In this document: piece after piece, positions 39,440 to 48,540 of the stretch
How positions within the stretch are numbered: the stretch's first letter is position 1
How the letters are laid out: the number at the start of each line of letters is the position of its first letter
Source of the DNA: Spirochaetota bacterium
GTDB taxonomy: Bacteria > Spirochaetota > UBA4802 > UBA5550
DNA: 64,000 nucleotides
Direction: 5' to 3'
Assembly (NCBI GenBank): GCA_963663865.1
Contig: OY760686.1
Span: 480,001 to 544,000, forward strand
Notes under the pieces: model-generated
Told to the model about the DNA's origin: nothing
The model's database searches: none
Seen by the model: only the letters and a program-made list of their open reading frames with translations
Position numbers and translations under genes: made by a program

Positions 39440-40609
39440 ATGGACTTTGTTGAGGAAAAAACACCAGCGGGAAATACAGTCAAGATAATGCTGAAAAAAT
39501 GGCAATACCTTGTATTTACACGTAAGGGCGAATCTATTTATGGCGGTGAGGGTGGAAAAAGCCTTCTTCACAATGTCCCGAGAATCCTTTTCGCGGGGAC
39601 ATCGTTTGCGCCCAAAAGAAATTATCTAAAAAAATATTATCTTCTAAGAGCCAGCAAAGGAAGAATAATTGTCCCCTATGAGGATATTATTGCAAAGAGA
39701 ACTAAATACTTCTTCATTGATTACGAGACTGATGTTGATGCTGTTCCAGCAAGGATATTTCATGTATCCAATATTGCATCCATGATCAGGGAGATTGATA
39801 TAAAACAAAAACCTGATTATGTTATTATTGATCATACAATTACGGACAACGATACTGTAATTATAAAGGGCAGGTATAAGGTTGAACATGTTCTCAGGGT
39901 TGAGAAGGAAACTCTCAGAATGGAAGATGACAGGGAAAAACTTCTAAATTTAAATATGATGTCCAACAATGCAGTATTCCTTTCCCGTATTCATATGCGT
40001 AATATGGAACTTTCCAAAATTAATCAGCTTCTGTTGGACTTCGAGCTTACAGCCCTTGATACTGAGTACATTTTGAATCTCATAGAAAAACAACTGAGAA
40101 GTGAGGATGCCTCTTCTCGAGACAAAAGCAGGCCTATGCTCGAGGAGCTCAGCAACTCTTTCAGGTTTTACAGGTATCTTCTTATGAGGGATGATGAGGG
40201 AGTCAGGTCGATGATTGAATCGCAGACGGACGCCAGGAAGATGACTCCGTTCAGCACCCTTATTTCGAAAGTTAAATCAATCTATCCCAACAGGGAAGAA
40301 CAGATTCTGTACACTGAATATGAACAGATTGTTGCAGAGAAAATCAGAGAGCTTACTGGAGGACAGGAAACTCAATCCCTGACCGAACCGGAATCAGATG
40401 AATATCCGGAAAATACTTTTGAAGAGCATGCTCGTGAAAATAATAGTCAGAGCGATGAAAACAATAAAGCTGAAGATGAAACAGATAAACCTGTTTCAGA
40501 AAAATACGAAGAATTAACATCGCAGACCGATGAAGGATTCAATGACGATGATGTTTACAGCGGTTACTTTGAAAAAGAGAACTTTGAGGGAGAACAACTT
40601 GAGGATTAA
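39440..40609 (+). CDS. Hypothetical protein with an acidic, likely disordered C-terminal tail
   Basis: 389-aa ORF; Glu/Asp/Asn-rich C-terminal segment; no motif recognised. Confidence 0.7.
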   Translation: MDFVEEKTPAGNTVKIMLKKWQYLVFTRKGESIYGGEGGKSLLHNVPRILFAGTSFAPKRNYLKKYYLLRASKGRIIVPYEDIIAKRTKYFFIDYETDVDAVPARIFHVSNIASMIREIDIKQKPDYVIIDHTITDNDTVIIKGRYKVEHVLRVEKETLRMEDDREKLLNLNMMSNNAVFLSRIHMRNMELSKINQLLLDFELTALDTEYILNLIEKQLRSEDASSRDKSRPMLEELSNSFRFYRYLLMRDDEGVRSMIESQTDARKMTPFSTLISKVKSIYPNREEQILYTEYEQIVAEKIRELTGGQETQSLTEPESDEYPENTFEEHARENNSQSDENNKAEDETDKPVSEKYEELTSQTDEGFNDDDVYSGYFEKENFEGEQLED

Positions 40610-41612
40610 AGTTTGCCTTTTTTTCAGCATAATAATTGCTTTTTCAGCTAATCATCTTCCGGCTAATGAGGGCTGGTGGTCTGTTTACTTTACGAGCCCG
40701 GGTAAAGCCCAGGAATCGACAAAACAGCCTGAAGATGCACTTATAAGCGAAATTGACAGAACAAAAACGGAGATAAACGGGGCATTTTTTGATATCAGTT
40801 CAAAGAAGATAGCTGACGCTTTTCTGAGGGCAAAAGCCAGGGGGGTACTTGTCAGACTTGTCACTGACAATATGCACTATTCGAACCCTCAGGTATCAAG
40901 GTTAATCAGCGGCGGTATTCAAGTTATAACGGACAATCGAAGAGCTTTTATGCACAACAAATTTGCTGTTTTTGATGGAAACACGGTATGGACCGGTTCG
41001 ATGAATATAACCGACAACGGTGTCAGGCTTAATAACAACAATTCTCTTCTGATAAAGTCTTCCGCTCTTGCATCAATCTACAACTCAGAATTTAGAGAAA
41101 TGTTCAGCGAGCGCGTATTCGGTAACAGGAGGGAGCCCGGCATACTGCCCTCTCTCGGGAACAGATATCACGTAAAAATTGGGGATACTGATATTAATGC
41201 CTATTTTTCACCGGAAAATAACATTGAAGATATCATAGTCAAGAGAATTCGCGGTGCAAAAAAGTCTATACACTTCATGGCATTCTCCTTTACCAGCGGT
41301 AGAATCGGCGAGGAAATGACAAGGGCGGCGAGGCGAGGGGTTAAGGTATTCGGACTTTTTGAAAAGAGGGGAGCCGGTTCAAAATACTCTCAGTTCACAA
41401 AGATGAAAGTTGAAGGGATTGGTGTTAAAAAAGACACAAATCCCAGAGCAATGCACCATAAGGTCATTATTATTGACGGACAAAGGCTGATAACCGGATC
41501 GTATAACTTTTCAAAAAACGCCGCGAAGAAGAATGATGAAAATGTTTTGATGATAGATAATAAAAGTATTTGCGATGAGTACATAAAAGAATTCTACAGG
41601 CTCTACAGATAA
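40599..41612 (+). CDS. Exported phospholipase D-superfamily protein with two HKD motifs (nuclease or phospholipase)
   Basis: Likely TTG start after GAGGGAG (ORF track starts at 40530); signal peptide; HNKFAVFD...WTGSMN and HHKVIIID...TGSYN. Confidence 0.88.
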   Translation: MRIKVCLFFSIIIAFSANHLPANEGWWSVYFTSPGKAQESTKQPEDALISEIDRTKTEINGAFFDISSKKIADAFLRAKARGVLVRLVTDNMHYSNPQVSRLISGGIQVITDNRRAFMHNKFAVFDGNTVWTGSMNITDNGVRLNNNNSLLIKSSALASIYNSEFREMFSERVFGNRREPGILPSLGNRYHVKIGDTDINAYFSPENNIEDIIVKRIRGAKKSIHFMAFSFTSGRIGEEMTRAARRGVKVFGLFEKRGAGSKYSQFTKMKVEGIGVKKDTNPRAMHHKVIIIDGQRLITGSYNFSKNAAKKNDENVLMIDNKSICDEYIKEFYRLYR

Positions 41613-41865
41613 GATTTCCTCCAGTCAAATAAAATTTAAGATCAATAAACTTCCCCTCAGGCTCAAGAAATTCATTAGTAGGAATCCTGTTAAATCAGAT
41701 TTTATTAATATATTTCGACAATAATAATATGAAAAAGCAGAAAGCATTACTAAATCGAACTGTATAGTTTGAATATAAGACAAAATAGAAAATATATTAT
41801 TTACTTCTTAAAAAAAGATTTTAGTGAAGTGTGTCTCCAGGCGTTTCATTTTTGGAGAATAACAG

Positions 41866-42531
41866 ATGATTAAGAAGAATTTAACAATGCCGATCCAGAG
41901 ATGCATAGCCGGAGAAGAGATTAAAAACCTTTCAGATTCAGAGCTCCTTGCCGTGATTATAGGGACTGGGGCGAAAGGAAATGGAGTAATTGAGGTATCA
42001 AACTCTGCGGTAAAGGCATTTGGGGGATTACCGGGCATGTATGCGGCGGGAATCAGAGAGCTTGCCGCCCGGTGCGGAATCGGACTGACAAAGGCTGTGA
42101 AAATCCACAGCGCCTTTGAAATGGGCAGGAGAATACTTTCTGACAGAAGAGAGCTGGAGCAGATATCATCACCTGAGGCTGTATGGAAGTTCTTCATATC
42201 AGAGACGGCGGGGCTGGTGCGCGAGGAATTCAGGGTGCTTATTTTGAACAATAAGAACAGGCTGATTAAGAGGTCAGTAATATCGGTTGGCACTGTTTCA
42301 GAAGCGCTTGTACATCCGCGCGAAGTATATAGGGAGGCGATAAGGGAAGGAGGGTCGGCAATAATTGTTGTACACAACCATCCTTCAGGTTTTTTGGCCC
42401 CATCATCGGAGGATATTAAGGTAACAGAGAGGCTCAGGGACGCTGGCAAGCTAATTGGAATCACGCTGCTTGATCATGTTATTGTATCTGATCAGGGATA
42501 TCTCAGCCTGAAGGAGGAAGGGGTCTTATAG
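41866..42531 (+). CDS. radC: RadC (HhH plus JAB domain)
   Basis: LSDSELLAVIIGTG, GIGLTKA, VHPREV, HNHPSG...S.ED and LLDHVIV. Confidence 0.95.
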   Translation: MIKKNLTMPIQRCIAGEEIKNLSDSELLAVIIGTGAKGNGVIEVSNSAVKAFGGLPGMYAAGIRELAARCGIGLTKAVKIHSAFEMGRRILSDRRELEQISSPEAVWKFFISETAGLVREEFRVLILNNKNRLIKRSVISVGTVSEALVHPREVYREAIREGGSAIIVVHNHPSGFLAPSSEDIKVTERLRDAGKLIGITLLDHVIVSDQGYLSLKEEGVL

Positions 42532-42585
42532 AAAGCTGGGGCAAGATTAATCGATTTCCATAGAGTGATGAATGAATCGAGATAT

Positions 42586-42618
42586 AAAGAAGAGGACGCC
42601 TTTCGGCGCCCTCTTTGA
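42586..42618. terminator. Intrinsic terminator between convergent radC and GH3
   Basis: AAGAGGACGCC-TTTC-GGCGCCCTCTT hairpin with A/T-rich flanks. Confidence 0.7.
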
Positions 42619-42645
42619 AGTCAAATAAGTACTAATTCGTATGAA

Positions 42646-44874
42646 TTAGTAAGAGAGGCTTGTACCGTACTCGAAGAGCTGGTTAGCTTCGTCGTTGTAC
42701 AGGTCCTCATATGCGGCTTCAACATCAGCGTCGCTTGCAGGAATACAGAACGGAAGTTTTCCTGAAGGTTTGAATCCGTCTGTTCCGTAGATGAACTCAA
42801 GAAGCTGCTCATCGTAGATACCGAACTCAACGATAAGGGCATCGATTTTTGATACATCGATGTCAGCATCGAAGAGGAAAGGCCTTGGAGCAAAGACTGA
42901 GAGGATTAGTTTGGCGCCGGCTTTTTTAGCAGCAATAGCGTCTTTAATTTTCTGAGCCTGAGCGATAGAGGCCTCTTGAGTATTGTCATTAACTCTTTCA
43001 TAACCTGCTTCGGATGGTGTGTAATGTCTCCATTCATCATAGTTGTAGTTAGCAACATCAGCCTGGAATGACAGTGGAATACCGCCGGCAATACCGGAGT
43101 AATTTCCATGACGGCCCGTTACTCTTACTATAATGTAGTCAGCAGCTGCCATGTCTGTTGTGCTCGTACCGGCGAAGCTGTCAATGACTCCGTCATCAAC
43201 ACCGTCGAAGTATACGGTACCAGATGTTGAAGAAAGAGGAAGAACGCTCTCATTCTTGACAAGAACAGTAGCTTTCTTCATAATCTCTTTAGCTTTTGCC
43301 AGGTTTGTAGTTCTTACTGCATTGGCTTTTGAAGCGTCTCTGTAAGGATTTTCGAAGACTCCAAGCTTGAACATCATCTCGAGTACTTTCCCAGCGGGGT
43401 AGTCGAGATCAGACTCAGCAAGGAAATTATTTTCTACAGCATTTAACCACATAGTGTAGCTACCGTTTCCAACCTGGTGTCCGCCTGCCTGAAGATACTT
43501 GTAAATGAGGTAACTCTCATGCTCAACAGCAACATACGTAGTTCCACCCCAACCTTGTCTTGCTTCAATAGTCCAATCTGCAAATGCCGGCACACCAACA
43601 GGAAGGTCTGCTGGGGGTGTGTATGAAGGATCTGAAAGGTCTGTATCAAGTGAAAGGTTTGTTACGCCAAAATCAGACATTAGAAGTCCATACGCTGAAC
43701 CTGCAAGAACGCCCCAGTCTGATGTGACCATTCCGTCCCATCCACACTCATCTCTGAGTACGTCCCACATGAGCGTCATCTCATAACTTGAACCAACCTC
43801 TTCGAACTCAGTGTTGAATGTTCTTGTAGTCGGATCCCAGTTTGTCATGTAGATGCTGTAGCACGGCATCACACAGAGAGGACCAGATTTAAAAGCTTCT
43901 TTGAACGCGTTAAGTGAAGCATCCATGTTTCCGCCTTTAAACAGAGCATACCTGCCCTGCTCTCTATGGCTGTCCATACCGGCCATATTTGTTCCAGCTC
44001 CGGGGAAGTGTTTGAGAGTTGCTGCAATTCCAGGAACAAGCTGGCCTTTAGAGCCATCATCTGTTTGCTGAAGTCCCTGGATGTATGCTTTGGCAAATTT
44101 ACCGGCTTTTTTAGGATCAGTGCCGAATGTGTCATAGGCGCGTGCCCATCGGGGATCACCAAGAGGGTCACACATTGGACCGAGAAGCATTCTGAAACCG
44201 CATGCCTTGTACTCCTCAGCATGCATTGATCCGATTTCCTTGATGGTGTCCTCGTCTGTAAGTGCAGAAAGACCAAGGCTGAACGGCCAGTCTCCCATCG
44301 GTTCCATGGTGTTTTTCTTGGCATATCCACCTGAAGCATCTAAGCCGGTCCCTGTTGAAGGGTCACAGCAGAATACGAAAGGAATACCAAGAGGCTGTGA
44401 TTCAACATAGGCCTGAACTTCATTGGTGTAATTGATCATTTGTTCAGCAGAAACTCCATCGCCCGGGTCACGGAACAAAGCCACTCTCACCTGAGAGGTC
44501 ACCATGCCGGCCTTAACGTTGTCAGTAAGAGAACCGTCGCTTATTCTTCCTGAGAATCCACCCTCATAAAGAAGTCCAGCTTTCTGTTCCTTGCTCATTT
44601 TAGTAAGCAGATCTGCTACTCTTTCTTCAACAGGAAGAGTCCAGTTTTCATATGCATCAACTGTTCCATTCCCATTGAGGTCTCTGTACTGCTTTCCTTC
44701 TACATCAGTGATGATTGACTTTCCTGAAGCACTGTCAACTTTTACTTCAGGCTGAACGTCTTTCCCGTCTACACAGTAAACTCCCTTATCTTTACAGGGA
44801 TCACCGTCGTCATCGCTACAAGCCGCAAAGCCTATCAATGACAGGAGAAGCGCTAAACCAAGAATTTTTTTCAT
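42646..44874 (-). CDS. GH3 beta-glycosidase lipoprotein (paralog 1)
   Basis: Lipobox FAA-C; DLNGNGTVDAYE; LGPMCD, PRWAR, KHFPG and GMVTSDWG (nucleophile Asp); PSGKLP. Confidence 0.92.
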   Translation of the reverse strand: MKKILGLALLLSLIGFAACSDDDGDPCKDKGVYCVDGKDVQPEVKVDSASGKSIITDVEGKQYRDLNGNGTVDAYENWTLPVEERVADLLTKMSKEQKAGLLYEGGFSGRISDGSLTDNVKAGMVTSQVRVALFRDPGDGVSAEQMINYTNEVQAYVESQPLGIPFVFCCDPSTGTGLDASGGYAKKNTMEPMGDWPFSLGLSALTDEDTIKEIGSMHAEEYKACGFRMLLGPMCDPLGDPRWARAYDTFGTDPKKAGKFAKAYIQGLQQTDDGSKGQLVPGIAATLKHFPGAGTNMAGMDSHREQGRYALFKGGNMDASLNAFKEAFKSGPLCVMPCYSIYMTNWDPTTRTFNTEFEEVGSSYEMTLMWDVLRDECGWDGMVTSDWGVLAGSAYGLLMSDFGVTNLSLDTDLSDPSYTPPADLPVGVPAFADWTIEARQGWGGTTYVAVEHESYLIYKYLQAGGHQVGNGSYTMWLNAVENNFLAESDLDYPAGKVLEMMFKLGVFENPYRDASKANAVRTTNLAKAKEIMKKATVLVKNESVLPLSSTSGTVYFDGVDDGVIDSFAGTSTTDMAAADYIIVRVTGRHGNYSGIAGGIPLSFQADVANYNYDEWRHYTPSEAGYERVNDNTQEASIAQAQKIKDAIAAKKAGAKLILSVFAPRPFLFDADIDVSKIDALIVEFGIYDEQLLEFIYGTDGFKPSGKLPFCIPASDADVEAAYEDLYNDEANQLFEYGTSLSY

Positions 44875-45074
44875 AAAAAATTCTCCTCCTTAAAATAATA
44901 ATGTGTGGGTTGAATTATGTAAAACTGCCCTGCTATTTGAGCAAGGAAGCAGTTTTATGCTAATTATCCCCGCTGAAGAAGGGGTCTGAATAGTAATGCT
45001 GAACTCCTTGTATGACTACCTCCGAAAACGAAGAGAAGGATCTATTAAAACGTCTTAAAAAAGTATAATATCAA

Positions 45075-45103
45075 TATTTAGCAGGTATCTGTATGTAAGT
45101 CAA
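45075..45103 (-). promoter_or_regulatory. Sigma70-like promoter for GH3 paralog 1
   Basis: TTGACT-17 nt-TAAATA with an extended TG. Confidence 0.5.
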
Positions 45104-45487
45104 CACAAAAGCTGGGATATGACAAAAAAAAGCATATTCCTACTATCTTAACCGGGATTATAACCACGATTTCAAATCCTGAAAAAGTGAAATGATTTGA
45201 ATGATATTATTAATTATTCAGTTAAAAAGTTAGAGAAAAGTTGATTTAAGTTCTGGGAAAATGAAAAAAAATTTAAGAATTTATCTAAACAATATGGTTA
45301 AAGAAGGCCAATTTCAGCAGGATGAAAATTTTTGATGAAAATGTGTGAATATCAACTTCATAATGCAGTTCAAAGCTTGACGCAGGAGTTGATATCCCCG
45401 GGTTATAAAGATTGATCATTTATTCCTTGCAAAATATGACTGTTTAAAAATAATCTTCTGAAAACGTATTTTAAACAGGCGGTTGAG

Positions 45488-46387
45488 ATGAAAAAGCTCT
45501 GTTTCACAATAGTTCTGCTTCTTTTAACCTTTTCCGGATGTACGAGCACGCATGGGGCGTACACGTTTAAGGGGACAGTAAAACTTGGCACCTGGCTGCG
45601 AAATCACAGTGTATCATACACGCATGAGGGGAAAACGCACTCCGAATCAATTCAGATATACTTCCCTAAAAGGTATGTCAAGGGAGCCAACATGAGAACC
45701 CTTGTGGTGCTTCACGGATACGACGGAACAATGCGTGACTGGGAGATAAACAGCCGGATTGAAGACTACGCTGATGAATACAACTGTGTTCTTGTTTGCC
45801 CTGCCATGAAGAAGAGCATTTACGAGACAGCGTACTATTCTGAGACGGTTACAAAGTGGTCTGCGATGCCGGGCGGCAGATATGTAATAGAGGTACTTAT
45901 CCCGCATCTCAGAACAACCTTTGCCCTGGCTCATGACAGAGACCGAACAGGCATTATGGGGCTTTCGACCGGTGGAAGGGGGGCGCTGCTTCTCTCAGCC
46001 AGCCATCCTTCTTTTTTTGCCGCGGCGGCGGGCCTTTCGGGCGACTATGATCCGCTCTCAATGACAAGAGACAGGCTTCTCAGCGCTGTTTACGGTAAAT
46101 ACGACCAGAACAGGCAGCGTTGGGAGAATGATGACAATATTATGAAGCTGGCAGTGAACCTTAAGGGTGTACCAGTTTTTCTGACACATGGTGGAAAGGA
46201 CTTCATCGTAGATCCCAAACAGAGTGAGATTCTTGCGATTAAGCTGAAATCGCTTGAAAAGGAAGATTCATCTTATTCGGTAACCTATAAAAGCTACAGC
46301 AGGAGCCTTCATGACTGGTCATACTGGAGAAAGGCGCTTCCCGAGGTCATGGCGTTCTTTGATGCCCGCCTGGAGAAGAACAATTAG
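45488..46387 (+). CDS. Alpha/beta-hydrolase esterase lipoprotein (CE1-like)
   Basis: Lipobox FSG-C; LHG, GLSTGG (GxSxG), HGGKD and HDWSYW. Confidence 0.85.
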   Translation: MKKLCFTIVLLLLTFSGCTSTHGAYTFKGTVKLGTWLRNHSVSYTHEGKTHSESIQIYFPKRYVKGANMRTLVVLHGYDGTMRDWEINSRIEDYADEYNCVLVCPAMKKSIYETAYYSETVTKWSAMPGGRYVIEVLIPHLRTTFALAHDRDRTGIMGLSTGGRGALLLSASHPSFFAAAAGLSGDYDPLSMTRDRLLSAVYGKYDQNRQRWENDDNIMKLAVNLKGVPVFLTHGGKDFIVDPKQSEILAIKLKSLEKEDSSYSVTYKSYSRSLHDWSYWRKALPEVMAFFDARLEKNN

Positions 46388-46893
46388 GATTTCTTCCTGA
46401 AAAGCTTCTCCCAGAAGGATACCTCTTCCGGAGACAGCCTGGGGTCTGTCTCCTTTTCAACGCATTTTTTCTCCGACAAAACAGCCTCGTCTTCTTCAAT
46501 GGCAGCGGAGACGGTTTTGGCGAAGTCCTCGCTTTTAATTATTCCCGGTTTAAAGCGGTTGATATAGAATATTATCCCTTTGTCTGATGTGACAACAGTA
46601 GCCATTCTGGGATTAGGGTCCTTTTTAATGAATTCTTTAATCAAGTGGTCGGCAGAGAACTCCTGCGAATAGTAGACGTCAATGCCTGAGCGTGTTTTTT
46701 CTCTGCGGGCTGAATCTCCCATGGCCCTCTTGCCGTCGAAGACGACCCTGATTTTGGCTTTTTTTATTTTACTGAATCTGGACAGCAGTTCGAGAAGTCC
46801 GCGACGCGCTTCGTCAAGATTGCCTGCGTACATGTGCTCTTCGAGCTCTGGAAACTTGTATATCAGGTTGAAGCCGTCAATCAGATACGCCAC
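46384..46893 (-). CDS. NYN-domain (YacP/Rae1-like) ribonuclease
   Basis: YLIDGFNL, VVFDG, SADHLI and VVTSD. Confidence 0.85.
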   Translation of the reverse strand: MAYLIDGFNLIYKFPELEEHMYAGNLDEARRGLLELLSRFSKIKKAKIRVVFDGKRAMGDSARREKTRSGIDVYYSQEFSADHLIKEFIKKDPNPRMATVVTSDKGIIFYINRFKPGIIKSEDFAKTVSAAIEEDEAVLSEKKCVEKETDPRLSPEEVSFWEKLFRKKS

Positions 46894-48068
46894 TACAGCT
46901 CCCTGACATATTCCGCGATGCGGTCAAGTGCGTTGGTGATGTTTTCCATTGATGTGGCGTATGAGCATCTGATGTATCCTTCTCCGACTGCACCGAAGGC
47001 GGTTCCCGGAACTACGGCTACCTTCTTGCTCTTCAGAAGCCCGAGAGCAAAGTCGCGCGAAGTCATTCCGCATGAGGATATCTCAGGAAAAACGTAGAAA
47101 GCTCCGTCGGGATAGTGGCACTTCAGACCGGCATCGTTGAACCGGGTGACAATATAGTTTCGGCGTTTGAAATATTCGTTCTTCATCGACCTTACGTCCT
47201 TCTCTCCTTTCTCAATGGCCTCAATCGCCGCGTACTGGGCCATTGTCGGAGCGCAGAGCGCGGTGTATTGATGTATCTTGAGCATCGGAGCAATAAGATA
47301 GTCAGGAGCCATAACATAGCCTAACCGCCAACCAGTCATAGCATGAGATTTTGAAAAGCCGTTCAGGTACACTGTCCGCTCCTTCATGCCGGGCAGGGCC
47401 GCGATTGACAGGTGTTCGTTCTCATAGGTAATAGCGGAATAGATCTCGTCTGAGAGAACAAGCAGATTGTTCTCGACGGCAACAGCGGAGATTTTTTCGA
47501 GCGCATGCCTGTCAAGCGATGCCCCAGTGGGATTTGAAGGGTAGTTTAATAGTATGGCCTTTGTCTTTTTGGTTACAGCAGCCCGTATCTTTTCCGGGTC
47601 GATTCGAAAGCCGTCAGACGGATCGGCCTGAACAGCGACCGGTACTCCGTGAAGTATAGAGATGTTTGCCTTATATGAGACGTAGCAGGGCTCGACTATG
47701 ATTATCTCGTCACCGGGGTTTATGATGCTTCTGAGCGCGAGGTCAAGTGCCTGGCTTACACCGAGTGTTATAATTATCTCATCTTCGGGGCTGTAACCGA
47801 TGCCAAAGCGCGATTCAAAGCCGGAAGTGATGAGCTTTCTAAGCTCAAGGAGCCCCTTGTTTGAGGTGTAGTGAGTGTTTCCGTCCTTGATGGAGTATAT
47901 CCCGCTGTCTGAAATGCGCCAGGGAGTGTTGAAGTCAGGTTCCCCGACGCCGAGTGAAATGCAGTCAGGCATGCTGTAGACAATATCGAAGAACTCCCTT
48001 ATCGCGGAAGGAGGGACTTCCCTTGCTGTCGTGGAGATTAGTGATTCCGGTGATTTTGTGTTTTTCAA
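46893..48068 (-). CDS. PLP-dependent aminotransferase, class I/II
   Basis: SLGVGEPDF, NYPSNPTG, SDEIY and GFSKSHAMTGWRLGY. Confidence 0.95.
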   Translation of the reverse strand: MKNTKSPESLISTTAREVPPSAIREFFDIVYSMPDCISLGVGEPDFNTPWRISDSGIYSIKDGNTHYTSNKGLLELRKLITSGFESRFGIGYSPEDEIIITLGVSQALDLALRSIINPGDEIIIVEPCYVSYKANISILHGVPVAVQADPSDGFRIDPEKIRAAVTKKTKAILLNYPSNPTGASLDRHALEKISAVAVENNLLVLSDEIYSAITYENEHLSIAALPGMKERTVYLNGFSKSHAMTGWRLGYVMAPDYLIAPMLKIHQYTALCAPTMAQYAAIEAIEKGEKDVRSMKNEYFKRRNYIVTRFNDAGLKCHYPDGAFYVFPEISSCGMTSRDFALGLLKSKKVAVVPGTAFGAVGEGYIRCSYATSMENITNALDRIAEYVREL

Positions 48069-48105
48069 GGCGCCCTCCAGTATCCATCTGCCGGAAGCTT
48101 CCGGC

Positions 48106-48540
48106 TCAGATTTTGAGACACATTTCAGCCCTGGTCTTCCGGATTGTAAAGCCTATTTTTTCGAGAGTTGCCGGCTCACGAAGGTCTTCGTTGTCTGCAA
48201 GAAAAAACAGCGTATGGGCTCCTGCCTTGCCAGCTTCTTTTATGATTCTTGAGGCAAGAAGCTCTGTGAGACCGCTGCCCTTAAGCGGCGTAATAACGCC
48301 CATAGTTACAATCTCGGCCGTCCGGCCTTCAATCCTCGCCCCGGCTAAGCCCAGCAGCTTTTTTTTTCGGAATGCTCCGATGACAATGCCGTCATTTTCG
48401 ATCCACAGGTCCGCGAGTATCCCGGGGGTCCATCTCCAGGGGGGGATAATGACTTCCCAGTCGTCGGAGTTTCCGGCTTCGTATATGAGCTTGAGCTCGG
48501 CAATCTCCGGTACACGGAGCTGTATGCCTCTGTTAAGCAC
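48106..48540 (-). CDS. GNAT-family acetyltransferase-like protein
   Basis: MGVITPLKGSGLTELL (motif A-like) and LEKIGF. Confidence 0.65.
   Translation of the reverse strand: MLNRGIQLRVPEIAELKLIYEAGNSDDWEVIIPPWRWTPGILADLWIENDGIVIGAFRKKKLLGLAGARIEGRTAEIVTMGVITPLKGSGLTELLASRIIKEAGKAGAHTLFFLADNEDLREPATLEKIGFTIRKTRAEMCLKI

Noticed and set aside
40599-41612. PLD as part of a known anti-phage system (DISARM/Zorya-like contexts)
   Set aside because: Has a signal peptide and no helicase, methylase or other defence partners nearby.
41808-42464. 218-aa antisense ORF over radC
   Set aside because: Shadow ORF of a conserved gene; no motif of its own.
44920-44957. SRP RNA (AAGGAAGCAG) or BglG-type RAT element
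   Set aside because: Lacks the SRP CAGG/GNRA context and the RAT consensus; kept only as an unassigned hairpin.
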